A DNA stretch of 64,000 nucleotides from Pristiophorus japonicus (GCF_044704955.1 NC_091992.1:22506001-22570000); one strand, 5' to 3'. Counted from the first letter of the stretch, positions 38,846 to 51,379 are shown. Numbers and translations are program-made. The notes: generated by a model not told the origin, from the sequence alone.

Positions 38846-40888
38846 TTTTTAAACATTTATTAAATCTCCTCTTAGCATTCACTGCTCCAGTGGAAACAGT
38901 CCCAGTATCTCAATTCTCTCCTCATAACTATAGTGTCTCATCTCTGGGATCATCCTTTCTATAATGAGGCACCCAAAACTATACACAGTAATTTAACTGT
39001 GGCCTAATCATTGTTTTGTAAATAGAAGTGGAGCTGAGCAAGAACCGTCTCCTGGAGGTAGATAATGGGGGCGAGAGTGTGCAGCATAGAGTGACTGACT
39101 GTGTTGAATGACATAGAGGGGTTGAGGAGGACAATATGGTTTATCATGTTTTAGTCACACGGAGAATTAATGCACTATTTACAGGACACTCTACCTTCTC
39201 AGAGCAACAAGGGATGAGCAATAAAAATGCAGATTTGCCAGTGTCACCCACATACTGGCATCAAATTTAAAAAAAAGAGTGAATGACCTATTCTAGTTCT
39301 AAGATTCTTATCGTCCACAGGAGTGAATACAAAGAACAAGTGAAGAATCACATACATATTAAAAGTTGGAAAGCGTAAGAGTTTGAACAATAATGAGAAA
39401 TAGAAATGTCTGATTTTGAAAATGATGAAGGAACATTATATATAATTTAAGCTGAATTGAATGAAATCTTAATATGAATATATTAAATTACAAGTACTGA
39501 AAGAATATTTTAAAAATTCTAATGAAAACATTGGTCAGTACACATTAGTGGGGTGTCATTTTGTGATTATGCAACTTGCATATTCTTTGCTGTGTGACTC
39601 ATAGCCTAATTTCACAAGCATTGTGAAATGAAAATCTAAGTAATTCAATGCAATGTACTGTACAGAGAAGTGGTTCGATCTGTGTTAGATTTCCCACACA
39701 ATGAGTTCACAATCTAGACTTCTCCATTGAGATTAGGCATTGAATGAGGCATAGACGTTTCTCTGCAGTGAAGAAGAAAAATATCAAAGGACAAGTCACC
39801 CTGTGCCATTAGTGACTGGCTCAAGTACAGAACTTGAAGCAGCTGGTCTCTCAGCTGGAAATACCGAGGGGGAAAAAACAGAATCTTTTTTTCTCCCATC
39901 ACTATTTCCAAACAATGCACGTGATTGTAAACTAATAGTTCCAACTTACGTGCTTCAGTGAACCTCAAATAGCCAGATATTGCTGCATGAATCCAAATCC
40001 AAACCTCTCATGCTGCACATTACTCTTCGGCCTTCTTTCATTTTGCCCCATTTTCAAAATGTTCGGTTTGGGTCTCTCTCTATTACCTGACATTCCTTTG
40101 ATGAGAGGCCAGGTGTAAAGCTCCTTCTGCCTTGCTAAACACCATACTAAAACTGGACATTAGGAAGTGCTGAGAATAGCCTTGTTTTCTTTTTGGTGTT
40201 TGTTCTCTTCCAGTGGTAGGTAGAGCACCAATTCTGTGTTTGCACCTCTTCCCAATAGGGTTATCCAACCTTGCAAGAGTGTCCTAAAGTCTCCAGGAAT
40301 TAAAGATTAAGTACCTGGCCACTGCTGTGAGCAACCCAGGAGAAAAGTCGTGGGAGCATTTAAAAATGCTTCTTTTTTTCATTTGCTTGGAATACTTTTA
40401 TTTATTAGTTCTAAAACGACTGGAGATGGTTAAAAAAAGGCTGTGATTTAGCAGGGCGGTTGGAGGTGGGAAACCTCCAGAAATTCATCCAACCCTACTT
40501 TCTGACAGCATATTTCAGAGCAAGAATTTGTCATATGGGGAAGAAAACATGTGAAACTGAAATAATGTGAAATCATCTACCAAGTGCACAATGAACAGTG
40601 TAATTCAGTGTGATTGTATTACATTAGTACCAAACATGTAGTATAACTTAGGCATCATTTGGAACAGGCAGATCTGCTGAAAAAAACTAAAGTGGGGAAA
40701 TTCAAGAAAGAAAAAGAACTAAATATAAAGGCAGTTGACCCAGATTCAGTAATAACTTCACAGCTCATCCCTAAAGCCCTTGACAGATATTACTCAAGAG
40801 TGGATTCCCAAGTTTAATTGGAAGAATGCCAGTAATTCTAAGCTTGGTTGTGCTTCACTGATCCTGAAATGTGTTTCCTTTATATTGA

Positions 40889-41074
40889 CAGAAAATGCTG
40901 GAAATCTCAGCGGGTCAGGCAGCATCTGTGGAGAGAGAAACAGATGACCCTTCATCATTGACCTGAAACGTTAACTCTGTTTCTCTCTCCACAGATGCTG
41001 CCTGACCCGCTGAGATTTCCAGCATTTTCTGTTTTTATTTCAGATTCCAGCATCCGCAGTATTTTGCTTTTGAG
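40889..41074. mobile_element. Foldback Penelope-like insert (57-bp perfect inverted repeat) with 13-bp TSD
   Basis: 40888-40944 is the exact reverse complement of 40976-41032; flanked by tcctttatattga at 40876-40888 and 41075-41087. Confidence 0.85.
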
Positions 41075-41314
41075 TCCTTTATATTGAGTTCTGTTTCACT
41101 AACATATCACCTATGAAGGAGTTTCTTTTAAAATTTACATTCCGAATGTCTATTGACACCATGGCCGTCCTGCAGAGAACCGTTTTTTTTGGACAGCTAC
41201 CTCAAAGCGTCCACTGACCGATGTGCTACGAAAATGGACGTCAAGTAAAATGATTATTGATCAACTGCCTATTTCCAATACCTCTCTAGCTGCTGAAATA
41301 TTTTACAGTCGAAG

Positions 41315-41855
41315 GAGGAGACACTTAGAGAGGGTACATAAAAGATTCACAAGAATGGTTCCAGGGATGAGGGACTTCAGTTATGTGGATAGACTGGGGA
41401 AGCAGGGTTTATTCTCCTTAAAGCAGAGAAGGTTGAGAGGAGATTTTATAGAGGTGTTCAAAATCATGAGGGGTCTAGACAGAGTAGAGAGAAAATGTTC
41501 CCTTAGCAGAAGTGTCGAGAACCAGAGGACTAAGATTTAAGGTAATTTGCAGAAGAACCAAAGGCAACATGAGGAAAAACCTTTTTACGCAGCGAGTGGT
41601 TAGGATCTGGAATGCACTGCCTGAGAGGGTAGTGGAGGCAGATTCAATCATGGCTTTCAAAAGCCGGGCGCCGCGAGCCGAGCCCCACAAGCAGCAGCCA
41701 GGGAGCATTGGATAAGTACCTGAAAGGAAAAAGAAAGTGTAGGGCTATGGGAAAAGGACGGGGGAGTGGGACAAGCTGAAGTGCTCTGGCAGGGAGCCAG
41801 CATTAGGCTTGATGGGCTGAATGGCCTCCTTCTGTGCTGTAACCATTCTATGATA
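41315..41855 (+). mobile_element. CR1 3' end carrying a 44-bp foreign insertion
   Basis: LERVHKRFTRMVPG...RVVRIWNALPERVVEADSIMAFK; same family as 3400-3991. Confidence 0.9.
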
Positions 41856-42220
41856 TTCCTAGAATATAATGCCTTTATATGGTGTAATGGTTTGCGATGG
41901 TGTTTCTCTGTTTTTCTGATGAGAAAGCAAGAAAGAAATGTTTAAATACAAGTAAAGCGCAGCAAGTGGGAACACCAAAATGGCTCTCTACATTTCCTAC
42001 ATTACAACAGTGATTACACTCCAAAAAGTACTGCATTGGCTATAAAGCACTTTGAGACATCAGGAGGTTGTGACAAGCGCTATATAAATCCAAGTATGTA
42101 TTTTTTTTTCTTCCTGTGAAATAACTTTCCCATTTCCATCTGGAAGATACCCAGTCAGCCTCACTCAAGCAAATTCCTGTTCTGTTAATGGTGAGTATCC
42201 TCAACATACATCTGCAGTTA

Positions 42221-42755
42221 CATAAGAACATAAGAAATAGGAGCAGGAGTAGGCCATTTGGATCCTTGAGCCTGCTCTGCCATTTAATAAGATCAGGGCT
42301 GATCTGATCATGGACTAAGCTTCACTTCCCTGCGCCCCATAACCCTTTATTCCCTTATCACTCAAAAATCTGTCTATCTCCGCCTTAAATATATTTAATG
42401 AACCAGCCTCCACAGCTTTCTGGGGCAGAGAATTCCATAGATTTACAACTATTTTAGTGTAACGTAAAATCAGGTGTCCCCTTTCGGCGAAGGTACCACA
42501 ACCAACAAATTTCAAATTAAACTTTACCAGTAACTTACATCAAATTAAAATTTGGTTGTTGGGGGTGATGATGCACTCCAGTTCCATAGATTTACAACCT
42601 TCTGAGAGAAGAAATTCCTCCTCATCTCGGTTTTAAATGGGCGGACCCTTGTGACTATGTCCCCTAGTTTTAGTTCCCTCTATGAGTGGAAATATCCTCT
42701 CTGCACCCACCTTGTCGAGCCCACTCATGATCTTATATGTTTCGATAAGATCACC
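42221..42755 (-). mobile_element. CR1 3' end (aagaacat tail), interrupted at 42450
   Basis: cataagaacataagaa tail; VVNLWNSLPQKAVEA. Confidence 0.88.
42450..42581 (-). mobile_element. Extremely 5'-truncated L1/Tx1-type insertion with 17-bp TSD
   Basis: TSD ttccatagatttacaac (42433-42449 and 42582-42598); the minus strand begins with an ORF end, LECIITPNNQILI*, followed by a short 3' UTR. Confidence 0.7.
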
Positions 42756-42789
42756 TGGATAGATTCTGTGCTGTCGTCATTCTATGATT

Positions 42790-43045
42790 CTAGATCCGTG
42801 CAGCAGAGCTGGTCTCCAGTCGTCTTGGTTAATCCTTGCTACTGGGCCAAGACCTAGCTCTGTCAAGCCCGTGTGGTGGCTGGTGTGCAACGGCCACCAC
42901 ACGTTAAAAAAATCCACGCACAGGCATCTTCCACACTTCAAGATTTAGTTCATCTGGAATTTTAGATCCTTCATTGAAACACCTGTGAACCTTTTGACCT
43001 GGAAGCAAGTCATCCTCGATTCGAGGGACTGACTGCCTATGATTC
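42790..43045 (+). mobile_element. RTE-like non-autonomous repeat
   Basis: Ends ggaagcaagtcatcctcgattcgagggactg...cctatgat; second copy on the minus strand at 62518-62810 with a (tga)n tail. Confidence 0.65.
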
Positions 43046-43139
43046 TTGTAAGAAGCTCACCACACCTCATCAGCAGCCAGTTGGGTTTGTTGTTTTTTTT
43101 TAAAAAAAAATAAAAGAACATAACATATATATAGATCTC

Positions 43140-43480
43140 CAGGGGCAAAGGGAGCGTCTCCAGCCGCTTGATGGTCACAGTTCGAGGTCTTGGCGGGGCG
43201 GGCTGAGGCGGAGCAGTTGGCTCCGGCGGCGCGTGGCCGGCAGCTGCGCAGTGACGGACGCTCCCTGGCTGCTGCTGCTTGTGGGGCTCGGCTCGCGGCG
43301 CCCGGCGCGAGCACACGCACGCAGCGCCATTTTAACCGTCTCGGAGTCGCGCGGCGGTGGCAGAGCAGCAGCAGAAAGAGAGAGAGAGAGGCGATCGGGC
43401 TGTCAACGGCTGGATCACAGCAGCAACACCCACAAATAATGCACGCTCCTGCTCCTCTCGGTGAGTACCTCACGCCCGTT
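43140..43480 (+). promoter_or_regulatory. MYO18A: CpG-island promoter and probable non-coding exon 1 of MYO18A (donor after 43460)
   Basis: Unique CpG-dense island; GC box ggcggggcggg (about 43192); YY1-type cgccatttt (about 43326); strong donor CTCG|GTGAGT; lies 9.7 kb upstream of the MYO18A ATG exon. Confidence 0.75.
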
Positions 43481-45924
43481 TTGCTTTTTAATTCAGCTTT
43501 GTTCCCCCCCCCCCTCCCCAAACCCACCTTTTGATATTTTATTTTTAACTCCCGAGAGTTTTTTTGGGGGGCGGGGGGCATCATTAACATTCCTGAGTGA
43601 TAATTAAAAACAAAAATTATGTTGGGCTTTTTTGTGTGTGGAGGAGGGAGGGAGTGAGTTTTTTCAGGAAGCGAATGCCAGGCGTTTTCCAGGAGGGAAA
43701 AAAACCCCCAGAGAGACAGACATTGATGAAACTGAGCTCTGCAAAGGGAAATTAAAATCCTGTTTCAGTGAACGACGGATTTGACAAAAAAGAAATCCGT
43801 CTTTTGTGTTGAGTTTTCCCTACTGTTGCTGGACGGTGTCTATTGTGTTGCTAATTTCGATTGTAGGCCAAGCTCAGTACCTACAGCTCTGGCCTACCTT
43901 GCAGTTGGGAATGTGCATTTCGCAAGGTAAGAGGTACGAGTAGGGCTTACCCTTAAAGGTACAGTGCGGCTTACTACAGTAGACGAGTACTGCAAGCAAA
44001 TGCGACCGATTTCTGTTCAAGCTACATTGTTGCAACATGTCGTTTTAATGTCTAGACTCAAAATTTGAGTTGCTTCGAAATTGATGCAAATTTGACATCT
44101 TGATGATACGTGCTTAAAATAAAATTCGTTTTATAAAATAAATTGTTTTCGAGCTATACCAAGGCCCATCAATTTTTTTTTACAAAATCACAAACAATGC
44201 TACTTAACTTTACCACCTCCAGTGCTATTAAATTGCCCTGTGCTCGAGAATATCCTTTGTAGTCTTGCGAAAACATTGGCAACTGTGGATCACTCTTTCA
44301 ATTATTTTTAAATCCTGTATATAAGGAGCTTATTGTTTAGTTTCTCAGTACATTATAGATGAATAACCAATGATTATCTCGTGCATTTCCTTATTAGAAG
44401 ATAAATGTTTAACCAAACATTTGAGAATTATATTATTGATTACAATTCCTTGTGTGAATATAAAAACATAGAAAATTTTCAGCATTTACTTTCCATTAAC
44501 AAAAGGCGCTATATAAATACAAGTTGTTATAGTGATAGGAAAACTGGTTAAGACTGCTTAAAAACTGTTCTGTTCACAAATAGGTTACATTTTTATGTGA
44601 CTGTTCAGCACTATCTAATAATGCCCAAAGCACTGAGGCAAAATTGCTCTCGGTTGCAATGTAAACTGATATTAACACAATAATTTGATAATATTTAGTT
44701 GGGTACCTAATTTAGTACTGTTTGCCCTTCACTTTAGAATTGGTTTTGCAATTCCATGTGCTTATTTATACAGCCATTGTGGAATTCTAGTTTTCACCAC
44801 AGCAAAACTCCCTAATATTCACTTGGAGTGACATTCCTCTTTTTAATGTTAAAGTGGAGTACTTATTTTTCTTGTTATAATTAACAAAAAAATAAAAATA
44901 TAATTTCATTTAATGAGTTAATTATGGAAAAAAAAATGTGCTTTGGCTTTTTTTATTGACGTCTTTTACCCCTTGTATTGGGTAGTTAGTTCATAAACTA
45001 TAGTCACCTTTTATTGTCTTCCTCAGTAAAACTTGCGTTTAGACATATACATTGCTTTTCTTGCTGCTTTACACCAGGATATTAGCAACATAAATGCTGC
45101 TAACAGAATAACTTTTTTTAATCAAGATAGAGATGTAAATTGGTGTTTGTGTCTGCAACATTAAGGTTTATGTGACTTTTTTAGCCTTAAGGCTCCCTTT
45201 TGAACTATTGTTATATTAGTGTTGTGCAATGACATCACCTACTTTTTAAGCTCCTTTTTTAAACAAGTATGTTGTGGAGCATATTGATGCTCCAATATTA
45301 GTGCGAGATACCTGTGACTCTCTTAAACATAGGCTTCAGGTATTAGTTGTGGAGAAAGGGGAGTTCACATGGGAGTTACCTTTGACTCATGCACCTCTTT
45401 TGAGTAGCTGAATCAAGGTTGGATTGGCAGAGGTAAATGATCAAGACTACTTATGTGCTGTATCCAAAAGACACTGGTGTGTGATATCTGGGAGCATCAA
45501 AGTGAAAAAAACATACATTTTGAAGGGCTACTGGCAACAAAGGAACTTGGGAGAATTTTGTGTAATCACCAAAGCTTTCACATTTTAAAATGATACATGG
45601 CATAATATAGATCCTTAATAATTTTAAAACTCTCTTTCAAATCCCCAATATGTTGAGTGTAGTTGTGCAGTTTGTTTACTGTGAAGATAAGTAAGCTGGG
45701 TAATTTGCTGCATCTGCATGTTGCCATTTCGTTCGCATTTTGTTGTTGCAACCAATTTAATTTGGCGAAGCAGGCAACTGGCATAATTCCAGAATGGATG
45801 TACAGAGCATTTGGAAAATGGTTACATTTTGAATACATTTTAAAATAAATACAAACTTGGCTCTAATCTTAAGGATAATAACGTAAAAATTTTTTTTCTC
45901 AATAAGCAAAGCCAAGAACAACAT

Positions 45925-47200
45925 TAACTACTTGCATTTATATAGCGCCTTTAACGTAATATAATGTTCCAAGGTGCTTCACTGGAGAGTTATCAAACAA
46001 AATTTGACGCTGGGCCACGTAAGGAGATATTCAGGCAGATGAGGTAGTTATTAAGAAGCATCTTAAAGGATGATAGCGAGGCGGAGAGGTTTGGGGAGGG
46101 AATTCCAGAGTTTAGGGCCTTGACAGCTGAAGGCATGGCGTTCAATGGTGGAACAATTAAAATCGGGGATGCTCGAGAGGCTAGAATTGGAGAAATACAC
46201 AGATATTGGAGGGGGTGGAGAGGAGGAGCAGGTTGGGGTGCAGGTGCTGGAGGAGAGTACAGAGATGGGGAGGGCAAGGCTATAGAGAGGTTTGAAAACA
46301 AGGATGAGGATTTTAAAATCGAGGCGTTACTTAACCAGGAGTCAGTGTAGGTCAGCGGGCCGAAGGGTTCTATGTGAATGGAACTTGGTGTGAGTTAGGA
46401 CATGGGCAGTAGAGTTTTGGATGACCTCAAGTTTAAGGAGGGTATAACATGGGAGGCTGACCAGGAGTGTGTTGGAATAGTCAAGTCTAGAGGTAATAAA
46501 GGTAGGTTTCAGCAGCAGATGAGCTGAGGCAGGAGGGAAGTCAGACAAAGGTGGAAATAGGCGTTCAATGATGGCGCGGATATGTGGTCGGAAGCTGATC
46601 TCTGGATCAAATATGACATTGTGAACTGTCTGGTTCAACCTCAGACGGTTGCTCGGGAGGGGGATGGAGTCGGTGGCTTTGGAACGGAGTTTGTGACCAG
46701 GACCAAAGACAATGGCTTTGGTTGTCCCAATATTTCGTTGGAGGAAATATCAGCTCATCTAGCACTGGATGTTGGACAAGCAATCAGACAATTTAGGACA
46801 GTGGAGGGGTCGAGAGAGGTGAGGTAGAGCTAGGTGTCGTCAGCTTAAGTGTAGAACCGGATGCTGTGTTTTCGGATGATGTCGCCGAGGGGCAGCATGT
46901 AGATGAGAAATAGGAGGGGGCCAAGGATAGATCCTTGGGGGAACACCAGCGGTAATGAGGTGGGATTGGGAAGAGGAGCTATCGCAGGTGATTATCTGAC
47001 TACGACTGGTTCGATAAGAATGGAACCAGGTGCGCATAGTCCCATCCAGCTGGACGACAATGGAGAGCTGTTGTAGGAGGATGGTGTGGTGAACCATGTC
47101 AAAGGTTGCAGACAATTCAAAAAGAATGAGGAGGAATAGTTTACCTTTGTCACAGTCACATAGGATGTCATTAAGCTCTGGAATGGAGTCAGGACCAAGC
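45925..47200 (-). mobile_element. L2-clade LINE
   Basis: Tail ttgcatttatatagcgcc; FITSRLDYSN and LSATFDMVHHTILL RT motifs. Confidence 0.87.
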
Positions 47201-47326
47201 TTTGGGCACCGATCGGTGCTTTTATTTTTGAACAACTTTTGTGAAGGTAATACACAGTGAGAGCAAATTACTGTACACAGCTCAGTAATATTTCCTGATT
47301 TCTGTTGTGCTGAATCTACCACATGT

Positions 47327-48399
47327 GGGCCCCTATTTTCGCTACGATTGTGCGCTGTTTTTGGCGTCAAATACTCACTTTCCAACTTTCGCCAACGTTT
47401 GGACGCCGGCACCGACCATGTGCGCCTGTTTAAAAAATGTTGACACCGGCCCGAGTCAAAACGGGATCCGGCGTTGTTTTTATGGACTTGATTGATTTTG
47501 GTCGTCCACGATTTTTTTCAGCACGCCGCACACTGCCTAAAAGCTCCACAAAAATAACCATACATTAACTTAAGGAATCAGTGCGGCGCACAAGAGGACA
47601 GGAGCGAGGCAATAAGAATGCACAATAAAATACCTTTTTTTTTTCCCACAGGGATCTCTTTTTGGAGCAAGGGAAGAAGAATTCCGGACCGAAAGGACTG
47701 CTCCACCCACTGCAATCTCGGGCCGAAAGGACTGCTCCCACCAGCTGGAACCTCTGCAATTCCAGGCTGAAAGGATTACTTCCCCCCCCCCCCCCCCCCC
47801 CCCAAAAGCTGGACCTGCTGCAACCCCGGGCCGAATGGATCCCCGCCCGCTCTCCCTGCTAGTTGAAGTTTGGGAGCGGAAGGGCCATTCGGCCCAGGAT
47901 TGCAGCAGGTCCAGCCGGTGGGGAACAGTCCTTTTGGCCTGGGATTGCAGCGGGTCTAGCTGGTGGGGAACAGTCCTTTCGGCCGGGTTTGCAGCGGGTC
48001 CAGCTTGGGGGCAGGGGATGCAGGGAGCGGTGGCAGCAGATTCAGCCAGGGGGGTGCGGAGTGGTGGCAGCGGGTCCAGCTGGGGGGAGGGGGGTGGGGA
48101 GTGGGAGATGTCCTTTGTGGCCCTTTCGGCAACGGTGGGATAGCAGTTCTTTTGGGGGAGTGGGCTTCAACTTGCTTCAGCATCTCTGGCAACTTCAGCT
48201 TTTCACGCATGCCCAGAGAGTTTTTAGCGCAGACTTGAAGCTCCGCGCCCCCAGACTAACTTCGGAGAGCGCTGCGCCAAATTCAAATATTTCAATGGCG
48301 AAAGTCCCGTTTTTTTTTTTCTGGCGCAAACTTACACACAAAGATGGTATGTTAACATATGCGGGCGCCAAAAATCCAGCAAGTGGAAAATAGGGGCTT
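47327..48399. mobile_element. Harbinger-type MITE with internal inverted repeat array
   Basis: TIRs gggcccctattttc / gaaaataggggc(tt); 3-bp TSD TGT. Confidence 0.78.
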
Positions 48400-49369
48400 T
48401 GTGCTGTGGGATGCATTCAGAAGCAATATGAACCTGTGCATTTAGATTTTCATGAAGATGTCAATATGACTTCATGTGTAGTCGCATTTATGATTCTGCT
48501 GTTCTGGCCATGGACTTAGCCCGAGGTTGGGGGAGGAAGTGTAGAGGCCATCATTGCTGGTGTCTAAGATGAGCCAACTGTCCAGCATATTTATATAGGC
48601 ATGAACCAAAATTGTGGACCTAAATAACATGCTGCCGTATATACTGTTTGTGTATGCATTGTTTGTTGCTGGATGTTTGGATTGAAGATGGTGAAGAAAT
48701 TGTAACTGCCTCTAATGCAAAAATGTTGGCATGTTTATATGTGAGATTGCTGCTGAAGTAGATAACGCTGCTGTATAAAGGGGGAAAAGAATTATGCATT
48801 TGGTCTAAAACCGAAACTGAGAGTATACCAGTTTGGCTGCAGCTTCGCTTTGAATTTTGCACCTGTGAAACTGAAACTTGCAGCAATGCAAAATAAGTAA
48901 TGTAAATGGAGCTTTTTTAATTGTTAAGGGTTCTTAATATCAGAATTTGTGCATTAACCTGAGCAAAATTGGTGCAAGGTTTCTTTGTAAAATTAAACCT
49001 AGGTTATAGTCAAGATTTATTGTAATTTTTCATGTTGCAAGGTAAATTGTTGTCTTTTAGGTTCCAGAAATGGTCTCTAGGGAAGAATTCCCTTTTGTTT
49101 GCTATTTGTAGTGAAGTTATCAATGTATTCTTCATACGTGTGTACAATTTTACCATGAAATCATCAGGAATAGAAATTTCCCCTAGTGTGCAATGCTACC
49201 ATTTATTTTTAAATATTAGAAGACTTCCTGCCAGTTCTATAACTCGGGTCAATGATTTATGACTATTGGCTGCCATTTCTGTTGTAGAAATATAATCTAG
49301 TGAAGTTTGTATTATTGTGACGTCCGGAAGTGGTACTAATTACAACCTGCCATAGTTGCACTTAAGTCT

Positions 49370-50823
49370 TAGAAACATAGAAAATAGGTGCAGGAGCAGG
49401 CTATTCAGCCCTTCTAGCCAGCACCGCCATTCAATGAGTTCACGGCTGAACATGAAACTTCAGTACCCCCTTCCTGCTTTCACGCCATACCCCTTGATCC
49501 CCCGAGTAGTAAGGACTTCATCTAACTCACTTTTGAATATATTTAGTGAATTGGCCTCAACTACTTCCTGTGGTAGAGAATTCCACAGGTTCACCACTCT
49601 CGGTGAAGAAGTTTCTCCTTATCTCGGTCCTAAATGGCTTACCCCTTATCCTTAGACTGTGACCCCTGGTTCTGGACTTCCCCAACATTGGGAACATTCT
49701 TCCTGCATCCAACCTGTCCAAACCCGTCAGAATTTTAAACGTTTCTATGAGGTCCCCTCTCACTCTTCTGAACTCCAGTGAATACAAGCCCAGTTGATCC
49801 AGTCTTTCTTGATAGGTCAGTCCCACCATCCCGGGAATCAGTCTGGTGAATCTTCGCTGCACTCCCTCAATAGCAAGAATGTCCTTCCTCAAGTTAGGAG
49901 ACCAAAACTGTACACAATACTCCAGGTGTGGCCTCACCAAGGCCCTGTACAACTGTAGCAACACCTCCCTGCCCCTGTACTCAAATCCCCTCGCTATGAA
50001 GGCCAACATGCCATTTGCTTTCTTAACCGCCTGCTGTACCTGCATGCCAACCTTCAATGACTGATGTACCATGACACCCAGGTCTCGTTGCACCTTCCCT
50101 TTTCCTAATCTGTCACCATTCAGATAATAGTCTGTCTCTCTGTTTTTACCACCAAAGTGGATAACCTCACATTTATCCACATTATACTTCATCTGCCATT
50201 CATTTGCCCACTCATCTAACCTATCCAAGTCACTCTGTAGCCTCATAGCATCCTCCTCGCAGCTCACACTGCCACCCAACTTAGTGTCATCCGCAAATTT
50301 GGAGATACTACATTTAATCCCCTCGTCTAAATCATTAATGTACAATGTAAACAGCTGGGGCCCCAGCACAGAACCCTGCGGTACCCCACTAGTCACTGCC
50401 TGCCATTCTGAAAAGTACCCATTTACTCCTACTCTTTGCTTCCTGTCTGACAACCAGTTCTCAATCCACGTCAGCACACTACCCCCAATCCCATGTGCTT
50501 TAACTTTGCACATTAATCTCCTGTGTGGGACCTTGTCGAAAGCTTTCTGAAAGTCCAAATATATCACATCAACTGGTACTCCTTTGTCCACTTTATTGGA
50601 AACATCCTCAAAAAATTCCAGAAGATTTGTCAAGCATGATCTCCCTTTCACAAATCCATGCTGACTTGGACCTATCATGTCACCATTTTCCAAATGCGCT
50701 GCTATGACATCCTTAATAATTGATTCCATCATTTTACCCACTACTGAGGTCAGGCTGACCGGTCTATAATTCCCTGCTTTCTCTCTCCCTTTTTTTAAAA
50801 AGTGGGGTTACATTGGCTACCCT
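49370..50823 (-). mobile_element. Young 5'-truncated CR1 with a 394-aa uninterrupted RT ORF fragment (49557-50741)
   Basis: [45 protein letters not shown]; tagaaacatagaaa tail. Confidence 0.95.
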
Positions 50824-51379
50824 TGATGTAGTTTTAAAAATCTATTGTAAAGGTTTTCAATTATTGTTCCTGAAAGATGACCAGATAATAGGTTAAGTAG
50901 ACTAAATAATACATTGATAAAAATTGAACTGCCAGTTTAACGGGGAATGACCCCTCAGCCTCTGGATTATTGTGCATCAGAATAGGATAATGCCCTTAAT
51001 GAATGTCACCAGGCCACTTTTTTTTAAAAAAACTTAAAATTAACATTATTTTGAACTCTGCATTTTGCTGCAGAGTTTTTTTTTGTTGATCATGTAATTA
51101 AGGACACAAACCTGGGAGTATGAAGGATCTGACACAAGATACATGGTTGATGCTATATCATGTTTGCATTCATTGATGCATCTCAGCTGCTATTTATTCA
51201 TTAATCCCTTTAAAGATGATTATTGCTATAAGCAGTCATTGCTGTAAACAAAAACATATTAAAACTGATAGGAGCATATTAAATGTGTAAATATCCTGCA
51301 TTTCATTTTCAAAAGGACAGTAGTGCTCTCTTTTTTGTTTCGTTTAGTTTTCTCACATCCTTTTCTGAAGTTTCTTGAT

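Noticed and set aside
39830-39925. Clustered E-boxes (CAGCTG x2, CACGTG) as a muscle enhancer
   Set aside because: Short motifs are expected by chance; cannot be supported without conservation or chromatin data.
42945-43590. ORFs of 114-177 aa over the CpG island
   Set aside because: Expected in GC-rich promoter DNA; no recognisable domain.
49557-50741. 394-aa RT ORF as a functional or domesticated gene
   Set aside because: A 5'-truncated CR1 lacking the endonuclease and with a 3' frameshift; near-identical relatives occur elsewhere in the window.
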